From Candidatus Velthaea sp. (lineage in GTDB: Bacteria > Vulcanimicrobiota > Vulcanimicrobiia > Vulcanimicrobiales > Vulcanimicrobiaceae): a DNA stretch of 64,000 nucleotides. The DNA is taken from assembly GCA_965214935.1 (NCBI GenBank), contig CBDCCS010000022.1:448001-512000 (forward strand), read 5' to 3'. Below, one piece after another: positions 18,474 through 28,315 of this stretch. The translations under genes were made by a program, and so were the position numbers. Each line of letters opens with the position of its first letter. Position 1 is the first letter of the stretch. The notes beneath the pieces were generated by a model, which was given only the letters and a program-made list of their open reading frames with translations, made no database searches and was not told the DNA's origin.

Positions 18474-20503
18474 CTACTCCGACTCACCTTCGAGCGGTCG
18501 AAACAATGCACCGGCTTCGTCCGGTACCGCCTTATAGCCGGCCGGGCGCAGATGGCGACCGAACCAATGTGCGATTGCGCGTAAACGCAGAATGCGATTG
18601 CGCGGCTTGCCGCCGCGCGATAATTCGTGGCCATCGCCGGCGAACCGGACAAACTCAACCTGTTTCCCGAGTCGCCGTAAGAGCGTGAAGAGCTGTTCGC
18701 CCTGATCGATCGGACAGCGATAATCACGTTCGCTATGTTCGATAAGCAGCGGAACATCGATATCGGCGCGGCGCGCATCGGCGATCGCGCGAATAGCTGC
18801 TGACCGCCGTCGCCGAGCTTCGGCGGTGCGGCAAGTTCAGATTCGAGAAACCAGCCGAGATCCGACGCGCCGACTTCACTCACGAAATCGTTGACGGCGC
18901 GCATCGAGACGCCTGCCGCAAAGCGGTCGCTGTGTCCGAGCAGCCATGTCGTCATGAAGCCGCCGTAGGAACCACCCGCGATGCCGATCCGGTGCTCGTC
19001 GACGCCGACCAAGCCGAGCGCGCCGTCGAGTATGCGCTCGACATCGGCGGCATCGACGCCGCCCCAATCACCGGTGATTGCATCGGCATACGCGTGGCCG
19101 TACGTCTGACCGCCGCGCGGGTTGCCGTAGGCGACCGCGACTCCACTTCCGGCCAACATTTGAAATTCGAAGAAAAAGCTGAACCCGTATGCAACGTGCG
19201 GACCGCCGTGCACTTGTAGCACGAGCGGAACTTGCAGCAACGCGCCGGGCGGCACGAGAAGCCACGCATCGAGCGTCGTTCCGTCGTCGGCAACCGGGCG
19301 GTAACGCTGCGGTGCAACGATCTGCTTCGCGTCGAGAAAAGCAGCATTGCATGCCGTTACGATCGTTTCGCTACCGTCGGCTGCGACGATTGCGATCTCG
19401 CCCGGCAGCAGCGGCGTGCTAAAGGCGAGTGCGAAGGCACCCGCGGCGTACGAGAACCCGAAGACGTCGCGCGCGCCACCCGCGATCTCGCGGCTGCCGC
19501 TACCGTCGCGCAGGAAAGCTTGAATGCCGCACGCACCCTGCGCGCTGAGTTGAACGTAAATTTCCCGGTCGTCCGCGCCCCAGACCGGCGCGCTCGTTGC
19601 CGAGCCGGACCGCATGTCGCTGATAATCGCGTTTCCGACGGTACGGTCGAGATGTGCCGACAGCGAATGAACTCCGCCGTTTTGCACGTCGACATCGACA
19701 AGGAACAGTTCGGCATTGTAACGGCCGCCTGCGTCGTCACCATGTTCGTGTCCGATAAATGCAATCGTTGCACCGTCGTGCGACCACGCGGGGCTAACCA
19801 TCGGTCCGTTTTGCCCGGTGATCGTCCGGATCGCGCGTGTCGCGCAGTCGATGATATGAATATCGCTACCCAGCGCGTCTTCAAGCCGGCCGATCGCGGC
19901 ACTAAAGGCAATCGACATTCCGTCCGGCGACCAAGCCGGCGATGCGACGTCGAAGTCGCCGTACGTTAATCGTTCGCACGTCTCGCGCCGAACGTTGAAA
20001 ACGAAAAGATGGCGGCGCGTACCGTCAAGCAATCCGTCGGCATCGCTTTTGAAAGGAAGCGCGCGAATATGCCGGGCGCCGGACGGTACGTCGTGAAAGA
20101 TGCGCGCCGTCTGCGCTTCGTGTTCGGCGCCCGCAACAAAAGCAATCCGCTCGCCATCCGGCGACCAGGCCGGCGCCGCGATCGTCGGATACGCGGCGTC
20201 GACGGCGCGTGCTTCACCACCGGTCGTCGGCATGATGTAGACACGCGTTTCACCGTCGCGTTCGCCGATGAACGCCAGCGACCGGCCATCGGGGGAAACG
20301 CGCGGTGAACGGTCGTTGCGTCCGGCGGTAAAGGGAACCGCTGTGCGAGTCGGTTCAGCACGCCAAAGCGAACCGACGATCGAATCCGTTTCGCGATCTT
20401 GCCGCATCAGCCGAAAGAAGACCGCATCACCGTCCGGCGTTATGACCGGGTCGGTCACGGTAACGAGCGAGAGAAGATCGTTCGGCACTAAAGGAGTCTT
20501 CAT
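18474..20503 (-). pseudogene. S9 family (prolyl oligopeptidase-like) peptidase with a frameshift near the C-terminus
   Basis: SPDG propeller repeats, VHGGPH and GGSYGG in the main frame. PLLIEHSERDYRCP...GDGHELSR lies in another frame after ~18767, ending TAG at 18474-18476. Confidence 0.75.
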
Positions 20504-20528
20504 CCCAAGCCGAAGTTACGGTCTGCGT

Positions 20529-21131
20529 ATGAGAGCTCCCGCAATGATCGTTGCCGCGTTCTTTGCAACGATGCAGCCCGTACGCGCCGATGAGGTCGAC
20601 GTTGTCGTACAAGCCGGGCATCAAGGACGGCCGCAGTCATGTGCGTTGTTCGGCGTGCACGCGTGTAACCTCGGCACCGGTTTGGGCGCCCAGCTCGAGC
20701 GTCGCTGGACGCCGGTCGTTGCCGACGCGGCTGCCGCGCGATTACGTGCGGCGGGCCTGTCGGTCAAACGGCGGCCGGCCGATTACAACGGACACGACAA
20801 CGCTCGTGCGGCCGTCTTCTTACACTTCGACGGCAGCTCGCCGCCGTGTCGCAGCGGCGCATCGGTCGGCTTTCCGGCCATCGCAGATCGCCGTTTCATC
20901 GCCGATTGGGAGCGACGCTACCGGCAGCTTTTTCCGTTCCGCTTTGCCGGCGAGAACATAACGTCGAACGAAGCGCACTATTATGGCTATCGGAAGGTGA
21001 CGACGAACAAAGCAATGCTCATCGAGTTCGGCGAGATGACGTGCGCGGCGCAAGAACGCTGGCTCGAACCGCGATTGCACGAACTGGGCGTGCAATTAGC
21101 GTCGTTTTTACTTGCCGAGTTGCGGCGATGA
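20529..21131 (+). CDS. N-acetylmuramoyl-L-alanine amidase-like secreted protein
   Basis: VVVQAGHQG, VFLHFDG and MLIEFGEM, with a signal peptide. TACGGT at -12..-7 suggests a leaderless start. Confidence 0.65.
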   Translation: MRAPAMIVAAFFATMQPVRADEVDVVVQAGHQGRPQSCALFGVHACNLGTGLGAQLERRWTPVVADAAAARLRAAGLSVKRRPADYNGHDNARAAVFLHFDGSSPPCRSGASVGFPAIADRRFIADWERRYRQLFPFRFAGENITSNEAHYYGYRKVTTNKAMLIEFGEMTCAAQERWLEPRLHELGVQLASFLLAELRR

Positions 21132-22018
21132 AGCGGCGAGCCTATCTTAGCGGCGCAGGCGCGCTTGCCGGCGCGGTTGCGCTCGACGGCATGCGGCCGT
21201 TCGCCGCCGGTGCGCAGACAATCGCGGTCAGCGACCTCATCAAGCGCATCCCGGGCATCACCGGCGTCTATGCACGGACGCTCGCCAATGGACCGCCGCT
21301 TGCAGCCGTGCGCGCAGGCGAGCCCTTTGCTTCTGCGTCGATCATCAAATTACCGATCATGCTGACCGCCTATCGCGCATTCGATGCCGGGACCGCGTCG
21401 CTCCACGACAGCGTTCGCTTGCGCGCCGGCGACCTTATCGGCGGTTCACCCGTGCTTGCGTACGCGCGTGCCGGACAGCGCATGTCGTTGCGCTCGCTGC
21501 TCGCAGCGATGATTCAGCAAAGCGACAACTCCGCATCGAACACGCTCATTACAACCTTCGGATTCGCGGCGATCAATCGGGTGATCCGCAACAGCGGTAT
21601 GACCGGCACGCGGTTAGGGCGCCACTTTGCCGACGTCGTACCGGCTTGGCACGTCAGCGCTAACATCACGACTCCGCGCGACATCGGCACGTTGCTTTTT
21701 GCGATCGAGCGCGGGTCGCGCGAAGGTCTCGATACGGTCGCCAGCAACGCAGCGTGCCGCGCGATGATTCAAACGCTGCTCGGCCAAGAAGATAAGTCGA
21801 AAATTCCGAGCGGCCTCCCACCCGGGACACCGTGCGCCAACAAAACCGGTGAGATCGACGGAGTTCGCAACGACGCTGCGATCGTCGATCCGTTCGGCGA
21901 TACGCCGTTCATCTTAGTCGTCTTAACGCGCGCGCTCGAAAATACGTATGCGGGCGACCATGGAATCGCCGCAATCGCACGCCGCATCAATCAAACCGTC
22001 CGCTCCGACTCCGGCTAA
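21128..22018 (+). CDS. Serine hydrolase, class A beta-lactamase-like (Tat signal)
   Basis: SASIIK, SDN and KTG motifs. Signal MKRRAYL. ATGA overlap with the upstream gene. Confidence 0.85.
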   Translation: MKRRAYLSGAGALAGAVALDGMRPFAAGAQTIAVSDLIKRIPGITGVYARTLANGPPLAAVRAGEPFASASIIKLPIMLTAYRAFDAGTASLHDSVRLRAGDLIGGSPVLAYARAGQRMSLRSLLAAMIQQSDNSASNTLITTFGFAAINRVIRNSGMTGTRLGRHFADVVPAWHVSANITTPRDIGTLLFAIERGSREGLDTVASNAACRAMIQTLLGQEDKSKIPSGLPPGTPCANKTGEIDGVRNDAAIVDPFGDTPFILVVLTRALENTYAGDHGIAAIARRINQTVRSDSG

Positions 22019-22027
22019 CCACCGATA

Positions 22028-22062
22028 GAAAAAAGCCGCCGGATCAAACCGGCGACTTCTTC
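22028..22062. terminator. Intrinsic terminator hairpin between convergent genes
   Basis: AAAAAAGCCGCCGG-atcaaa-CCGGCGACTTCTT, with a T-tract on the minus strand. Confidence 0.7.
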
Positions 22063-22064
22063 GT

Positions 22065-22472
22065 GATCCACTTGTTGGTAGCAATGAACTCAGCGTTACG
22101 TGTGCCTACGCACACGGACCGCGTAGCGACGAACCGCCATCAGGTCTGATTTTGTTTGTGGCGAGGAGCCTAGCGGTGAAGTGTGCACGAGCACACGAAC
22201 CGCGTAGCGACAAGCCGCCATCAGGTCTGATTTTGTTTGTGGCGAGGAGCCTAGCGGTGAAGTGTGCACGAGCACACGAACCGCGTAGCGACAAACCGCC
22301 ATCAGGTCGGATTTTGTTTGTGGCGAGGAGCCTAGCGGTGAAGTGTGCACGAGCACACGAACCGCGTAGCGACAAACCGCCATCAGGTCGGATTTTGTTT
22401 GTGGCGAGGAGCCTAGCGGTGAAGTGTGCACGAGCACACGAACCGCGTAGCGACGAAGCCACAAACAAAATC
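22065..22472. repeat. 81-bp tandem array (4 near-identical copies + 1 degenerate) of a structured REP-like element
   Basis: GATTTTGTTTGTGGC at 22148, 22229, 22310 and 22391. Internal hairpin GTGTGC-acga-GCACAC. Closing inverted arm GCCACAAACAAAATC at 22458-22472. Confidence 0.9.
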
Positions 22473-23559
22473 ACGGGGCTAAGTGGATGTCTAGGGCTAT
22501 TGCGAAGTATATACGGTGAATGGTGTTCGGATAGACGAACGGTACGTTGCCGCGATTGAGCTGCGTGAGGTTGTTGAGATCGGCATTGAGCGCCAACGTC
22601 TTGTTGAACGATTTGTGAATCCCGACGTCGTCGATGACATAATAGAACGGCACCGGCGAGTTGTCGAAGAAGTCGAACGCACCGTACGCGGTGCTGCCGA
22701 ACAGCGCGAACCCGCTGTTGATCGGCAAGTTACCGTTAACGCTATAGTTGATGCCGTAGCGCTTTTTGCCGTCCTGGTCGGAGTAACCGGCAGCCGCTGC
22801 GCCGGCAAGTCCGCTTCCCGCATTTTCCGGGGCGAAGGGAGACACGTTCGGATTACCCGAGACGTGGTGCTTGTTATACTCGCCGGTCGCCGACACGCCG
22901 AGACTAAAGCCGTGTAGTGCAGCGATCGGAGGAAGCGAGTAATTTAAGGTAACGAATTGTTCGTGCCAGTCGGCCGGTGAGAGATTCGCCGGATCGTTCG
23001 TTGCCTGGTTGTCATGCCGGAAGCGATAGAAGGTACCGACCGTGACGCCGACGCCTTTGATTCCGGTGTACGACAAGCGGAACGTGTCGACGATGTCGTT
23101 GCTCGTTCCGGGGTAGATATACTGGTTGTTCGGAACGTTCAATCCGCCGACGCGAGTCGATCCGGTAACGCGGCCGATCGTCGTATCGATACCTGCGGCG
23201 CGATCGTGCTCGTATTGAAATGCCAGCCCGCGTAAGACCGGGACGCTAATGACGGCGTTGAGGTCGAGTTTACCGGGACGCGTGCCGCCCGCGGCATTAC
23301 CGGCGCTCGGCGATGCGATGTTTCCGACCGGCGGCCCGAAATTGTTCGTCGGATCCGGACCACCAGGCGACCCATATTCATCATTGCCGGTCGCGAAGTT
23401 AACGGTCGGATACAGATCAACGGTCGGGATGTGCGAAAACGAATCGGCGAGCGCCGGCGTACGAATTCCGGCAAGACCGGCGCAAACGAGCGCGCCGGCA
23501 AAGAGCATTGAGAAGACGTTGAGTGGTCGCTGCTGCGACTTTCGAGTAGGTCTAGACAA
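22471..23559 (-). CDS. Secreted protein, putative outer-membrane beta-barrel
   Basis: Signal peptide ending ALA, alternating amphipathic strands and C-terminal YFAIALDIHL. GGGAGG SD before TTG. Confidence 0.6.
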   Translation of the reverse strand: MSRPTRKSQQRPLNVFSMLFAGALVCAGLAGIRTPALADSFSHIPTVDLYPTVNFATGNDEYGSPGGPDPTNNFGPPVGNIASPSAGNAAGGTRPGKLDLNAVISVPVLRGLAFQYEHDRAAGIDTTIGRVTGSTRVGGLNVPNNQYIYPGTSNDIVDTFRLSYTGIKGVGVTVGTFYRFRHDNQATNDPANLSPADWHEQFVTLNYSLPPIAALHGFSLGVSATGEYNKHHVSGNPNVSPFAPENAGSGLAGAAAAGYSDQDGKKRYGINYSVNGNLPINSGFALFGSTAYGAFDFFDNSPVPFYYVIDDVGIHKSFNKTLALNADLNNLTQLNRGNVPFVYPNTIHRIYFAIALDIHLAP

Positions 23560-23594
23560 GTAGTTCCCTCCCTGAGTTTAAGGAGAAGCGGTTA

Positions 23595-24659
23595 TTACAA
23601 ACCCGAGCAAGCTGATGCGGGGATACCGTTGCACAGCTGCTCTTTGGTAACGAACCCGTCAGCTATGACGGACGATTTAATGTTTGCTTTGGTCACCGTA
23701 ACGACCGGCAGAAGAACGGTCGGGACGTCGATTTTACCATTCTTCATCGTCGACGTGGTCTTTGGTTTTTTGCCTTTGAGATACGCGTCGGTCATCTGCG
23801 CCGCCGCTTCGGCAAGCTTGCGAATCGGCTTGTAGATGGTCATGCTCTGCTCGCCGGTCAGAATATTCTGAAGTCCGGCAACCGTCGCATCTTGTCCGGT
23901 AACGAGCACCTTGCCGTCAAGATGTTGCGCGCGCAACGCCGCCACAACACCTCCGGCCATGCCATCATTGGCAACGAGAATTCCATCGACTTTGTTACCG
24001 AGATTGTTTAAAGCCGACGCAGTTTCTGCTTGCGCGGCATTGCTGTCCCAGTTCGGCGTGTACCGGTCGTAGGCCATCTTGTAGCGGCCCGACTTAACCA
24101 GCGGATCGAGCACTTGCATTGCACCGGCGTGAAACTCGATCGCGTTATTATCCGTCTGCGAGCCGGCGATCGAGATGAGCGTACCGCTCTTGACGTGATC
24201 GACGATGTATTGCGCCTGCTGGCGCCCGACGGCAATCGGATCGAACGTCACGTAGGAGTCAACATCGGAATTGTTGATCAGCCGGTCGTAGGCGATAACC
24301 GGCACGGACGGATTGTTGTCGTGCGCCGCGCGCACGATCGCAGCCGCCTGAGTCGAATCGACCGGGACATCGACAAGCAGTTTTGCGCCGGATGTCAACA
24401 GCGACGATGCTTGGGTTTGCTGCCGGGTCTGATCGGTCTTCGCATCGTCGACGACGACGTTGACGGACGGGTCGAGCTTCTTTAATTCAGCAATGAAAAA
24501 GTCACGATCGAACTGCCAGCGGGCCGACGTCGTGTAGTCGGACATCAAGAAGCCGACGGTCGGATTGTCGGCAGCGCTAAGCGCCGGCGGTAAGGCCGCG
24601 ATCCCGATGACGGCCGCAGCAGCGACGCAGCAGCGCGGTAATAATGAAGTGCCTTTCAC
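23595..24659 (-). CDS. Sugar ABC transporter substrate-binding protein (XylF-like)
   Basis: ARWQFDRD, VIAYDRLI, TDNNA, ANDGMAGG, VTGQDA and MTIYKP. Confidence 0.9.
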   Translation of the reverse strand: MKGTSLLPRCCVAAAAVIGIAALPPALSAADNPTVGFLMSDYTTSARWQFDRDFFIAELKKLDPSVNVVVDDAKTDQTRQQTQASSLLTSGAKLLVDVPVDSTQAAAIVRAAHDNNPSVPVIAYDRLINNSDVDSYVTFDPIAVGRQQAQYIVDHVKSGTLISIAGSQTDNNAIEFHAGAMQVLDPLVKSGRYKMAYDRYTPNWDSNAAQAETASALNNLGNKVDGILVANDGMAGGVVAALRAQHLDGKVLVTGQDATVAGLQNILTGEQSMTIYKPIRKLAEAAAQMTDAYLKGKKPKTTSTMKNGKIDVPTVLLPVVTVTKANIKSSVIADGFVTKEQLCNGIPASACSGL

Positions 24660-24708
24660 GACGAGTACCTTTCAGAGACCGGAATAAATGAAGGGAATGA
24701 AGGCGGTG

Positions 24709-25926
24709 TCAAATGCGCGCGCCGGCGCTGCGGCGTTTCCCAAGAACATCGAGCAAAATTGCTAAGAGCAGAATGACGCCTTTAATGACGTAGACGTAAT
24801 TCGAATCGACCGACATCAGGTTGAGGCCGCTGTCCAGGCTCGCAATAAGCAAGCCGCCGAGCAGCACCGACCAAACATTGCCGCGGCCGCCGGTGAGACT
24901 TACACCGCCGATTACGGCAATCGAAATAACATCAAGCAGCAGATCGGGCCCCGCGGCGGTTGTCGATGCGGCTTGCGCGTAGCCGACAAGCATAACACCG
25001 GCAACGCCGGCGAAAAATCCCGCAATGCCGAAGACAATCCAGCGTACGCGAACGGTGTCGATACCGGCTCGCCGCGCAGCTTCGATGTTACCACCGACGG
25101 CATACACGTGTCGGCCAAACGGCGTCCGCGCAGCAATGTACCAAGTTACGAGTGCGAATGCAAGCAGAATCGCCAGTGACAGCGGCACGCCGCGATACGA
25201 ATTGAGCAGCGCCACAACGACCAGCAGCAACGCCGCAATCGCGCCGGCCCGGCCGATGAAGCCGGCGACCGGCGGATTGACGAGCCCGGCCGACGCACGT
25301 TGGCGGCGGCTTTGCAATCCGATGCCGATGATCCCGGCGACGGCCAGGAGTGCAAGCACCAAACTCACGGGCCCGGGAAGATACGACGTGCCGATTGCCG
25401 CGATCGACGTATCGGGAACATTGATCGTCGCGCCGCTCAAAATATGAAACGCGACGCCTTGAAAAATGAGGAAGCCGCCCAAGGTAACGACGAACGCCGG
25501 CATCCGCAGCGTCGAGATCAAGAAACCCTGCGCTAAGCCGAGCACGGCACCCACGGCAATACCGCCGGCGACGGCGACCGGTGTTGGAAAATGGCCGAAC
25601 GCCGAGAGAACCGCGACCGTGGTTGCACTAAGCAGCGTGAGATAACCGATCGAAAGATCGATTTCACCGAGCAAAAGCACGAAGACGACGCCGATTGCCA
25701 GCAGCGGCTTATACGAGTATTCCTGAGCTAGTTCCGAGAGGTTACGCGCACCGATAAATCGTCCGCTGGTCTGCGATTCGAAAAACAGCCAAACCAACAC
25801 GATCGCGATGTAGATCGGTACCGTCGTCGCGAGTTTCGAGCGGTCGAGACCCTGCCATGACCGGCGCGGCGGCACCGGATCGATAGGCGCGGGTCGGGGG
25901 GCAGCGGCTTCCGGTACGCCGATCAT
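24709..25926 (-). CDS. Sugar ABC transporter permease (XylH-like)
   Basis: GEIDLSIG, PAFVVTLGG, FGRHVYAVGGN.EAARRAGI and AVIGGVSLTGG. Confidence 0.9.
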   Translation of the reverse strand: MIGVPEAAAPRPAPIDPVPPRRSWQGLDRSKLATTVPIYIAIVLVWLFFESQTSGRFIGARNLSELAQEYSYKPLLAIGVVFVLLLGEIDLSIGYLTLLSATTVAVLSAFGHFPTPVAVAGGIAVGAVLGLAQGFLISTLRMPAFVVTLGGFLIFQGVAFHILSGATINVPDTSIAAIGTSYLPGPVSLVLALLAVAGIIGIGLQSRRQRASAGLVNPPVAGFIGRAGAIAALLLVVVALLNSYRGVPLSLAILLAFALVTWYIAARTPFGRHVYAVGGNIEAARRAGIDTVRVRWIVFGIAGFFAGVAGVMLVGYAQAASTTAAGPDLLLDVISIAVIGGVSLTGGRGNVWSVLLGGLLIASLDSGLNLMSVDSNYVYVIKGVILLLAILLDVLGKRRSAGARI

Positions 25927-26693
25927 ACTGCCGCCTCGGCAAACTCGCGGGCTCCGGTAATCGCGCCGACGACGTCTTCAGGAGTTACGTCCGCCACCCG
26001 CAATTTTGCGACGCGCCGGCCAAGCCGCATGACGATCGCGACGTCAGCGACCTCGAACACGTCGACGACGTTATGCGTGATGACGACGACCGCCAAACCG
26101 CCTTCGCGTAAACGTTTGATGAGGTCGAGAACTTGCTTCTGCTGAGCGACTCCGAGTGCGGCGGTCGGTTCGTCGAGAATGACGACTTTGGGCGCCCAAA
26201 GCACGGCTTTCGCCACGGCGATCGATTGGCGTTGCCCGCCCGAAAGTTGGGCAACCGTACTGCGAACCGATGGAATGATGATATGTAATTGATCGAGCGC
26301 CGCTTTCGCGGTTCGTTCCATCGATATTTCGTCGAGTGCCGCGGCAGCGCCACGCCGCTCGCGACCGAGAAAAAGATTCGCGACGACATCGAGGTTATCG
26401 CACAGCGCGAGGTCCTGATAGACCGTTTCGATGCCGGCGGTCGTCGCATCGTTCGGCGAGCGGAAATGCATCGCTTGACCATCGAGTTCGATCGTTCCGC
26501 TATCGGGAATGTGCGTACCCGCGATACACTTGATGAGCGTCGATTTACCCGCACCGTTATCGCCGAGAAGTGCCGTAACTTCGCCCGCGCGAGCCTCGAA
26601 ATTCACACCGCGTAGAACGGTCACCGCGCCGAACGATTTTTTGATCTCGCGCACAACGAGACGCGGAGCAGTCATCGCCGAATCGACCATCAA
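25923..26693 (-). CDS. Sugar ABC transporter ATP-binding protein
   Basis: GDNGAGKS, VYQDLALC, LSGGQRQ and LDEPTAALG. Confidence 0.9.
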   Translation of the reverse strand: MMVDSAMTAPRLVVREIKKSFGAVTVLRGVNFEARAGEVTALLGDNGAGKSTLIKCIAGTHIPDSGTIELDGQAMHFRSPNDATTAGIETVYQDLALCDNLDVVANLFLGRERRGAAAALDEISMERTAKAALDQLHIIIPSVRSTVAQLSGGQRQSIAVAKAVLWAPKVVILDEPTAALGVAQQKQVLDLIKRLREGGLAVVVITHNVVDVFEVADVAIVMRLGRRVAKLRVADVTPEDVVGAITGAREFAEAAV

Positions 26694-26779
26694 CCTAGCC
26701 TCCGTGCGTCATACGCTACCTCGATACGTGCTAACGCCCAAAAAATGCGAAGATAGAAACGCCGCAGCATGACCGTATC

Positions 26780-26817
26780 TTCGAGACCTTCACTATCGTT
26801 CGAGACCTTCACTATCG
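26780..26817. repeat. Perfect 19-bp tandem duplication upstream of the sugar ABC operon
   Basis: TTCGAGACCTTCACTATCG x2. Confidence 0.85.
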
Positions 26818-26851
26818 AATGAAGTTGACGCAAGAAAGTTTTTCCCGCGTT

Positions 26852-27702
26852 CTAATGTTCCTCTAACTGCGTTTGGGCCGCGAAAAGTTCCGTCTGGATC
26901 GGCCGTAACGGCGGCTTGCGCTCGACTCCCAGCGCGAGATACAGCGCACGAATCGTCGCCGGACTGTGACCCATGTAGTGATTGTTTGCATACCCGCAGA
27001 CCCGCTCGAGCCGGCTCGCCGCCGTGAGCAGTATCTCGGACCAGCGTTCGATCTCGGTTTTGCGGTCGATGACGACGCGATCGAAGCGCGCGACGGCGTC
27101 GCGCCGGCCCATCCAGCGAATGTATGCAAACGCAGCCGTCGGCGCGCGGAGAGCCGCAAGCATGAGATTGCGTTCGACGAACGTTCCGTCGCTGACGGCA
27201 AGTGCAATGCTGCGCGCGCGCAACACAGCGGTTAGTTCGCGGTAGATCCCCGGCTCGAACCAGGCCGGATCGCGAACCTCGACGGCGATCCGCGGACCGG
27301 ACGGCAGCGTCGAAATGAACGCTGCAAGCGCGTCCCATTCCGGCGGCCGGAAGTCCGGCGGCAATTGGACCAGAACAGCTTCGAGTTGCGGTCCCAAAGC
27401 CGCTGCGGCAGCGAAGAACGCTATTGCGAGCTCTTCGCAACCAACGAGCCGCCGCTCGTGCGTAATTTCTCGCGGCAGCTTGAGCGCAAAGGTAAACGTC
27501 TTGGGCACCTGCCGCGACCAGCGAATGAGCCGGTCAGGCGCCGGAGTGCCGTAAAACGTCGAGTCGACTTCAACGCTGCCGAATTCTTGGGCGTAGCTGC
27601 GAAGATAATTATCAGGCCGGGTTCCGGGTGTGTAAAACGCCCCGACCCAATCGCGATACGCCCAGCCCTGCGTTCCGAGGGCAAGGTATGGTAAGGCGGC
27701 GA
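26852..27702 (-). CDS. DUF72 family protein
   Basis: GTQGWAYRDW, VEVDSTFY, KLPREITH, LVQLPP, EVRDPAW and YANNHYMG. Start codon unclear. Confidence 0.85.
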
Positions 27703-28194
27703 TTAGCCGGCAGCTTCGATCGTCACTTTCTCCATCACGTCGCCCTTGCGGATAGCGTCGACAACGTCTTGTCCGCTCACCGTCTGACCGAACACCGTGT
27801 ACTGTTTGTTGAGAAACGAAGCGTCGCCGAGACAAATATAAAATTGCGAACCGGCCGAATTCGGATTCGCGCTTCGCGCCATCGCAACGGTCCCCTTGAC
27901 GTGCGGAAGATCGGAGAATTCGGCGTCGAGGTTGTATCCGGGGCCACCGGTTCCGTTGCCGTCGGGGTCGCCGCCTTGAATGACGAAACCCGGTTCGACG
28001 CGATGAAACGTAAGGCCGTCGTAAAATCCTTGGCGCGAAAGCTTGATAAAGGCGGCCGCATGCTGCGGAGCCTCATGCGGGTAAAACGAAAAGACAATGT
28101 CGCCCTTCGCGGTTTTGATCCGCGCCCGAACCGTCTCGGCTTCAGTTTTCAGACCGTGCAGTTCGTCGCCGGTCGGTTTTGCATAACTTGTCAT
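27703..28194 (-). CDS. Cyclophilin-type peptidyl-prolyl isomerase
   Basis: FYDGLTFHRVEPGFVIQGGDP, VAMAR, SAGSQFYI and YTVFGQ. Confidence 0.95.
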   Translation of the reverse strand: MTSYAKPTGDELHGLKTEAETVRARIKTAKGDIVFSFYPHEAPQHAAAFIKLSRQGFYDGLTFHRVEPGFVIQGGDPDGNGTGGPGYNLDAEFSDLPHVKGTVAMARSANPNSAGSQFYICLGDASFLNKQYTVFGQTVSGQDVVDAIRKGDVMEKVTIEAAG

Positions 28195-28270
28195 CACGGC
28201 GGCCTTCGCGTCGCAGAAGCGTGAGTCCGGTTTCGCTAGCAAGCCGGTAAGCGAGCCGTACCTATGGACA

Positions 28271-28299
28271 TTGATAGTTTTCGCAAAATCGGGTATACA
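28271..28299 (+). promoter_or_regulatory. Sigma70-like promoter
   Basis: TTGATA, 17 nt, TATACA upstream of ATG 28316. Confidence 0.55.
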
Positions 28300-28315
28300 G
28301 TCGCGGGGGTTAAAG

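Noticed and set aside
21128..22018. Bona fide class A beta-lactamase resistance gene
   Set aside because: No Glu166-equivalent ExxLN omega-loop motif is visible, and coupling to an amidase suggests a cell-wall role.
22065..22472. CRISPR array
   Set aside because: Units are near-identical over their full 81 bp with no unique spacers, and there are no cas genes in the window.
22096..22559. 27-aa repeat proteins in three frames
   Set aside because: The ORFs are a by-product of an 81-bp (multiple of 3) repeat and have no convincing start context.
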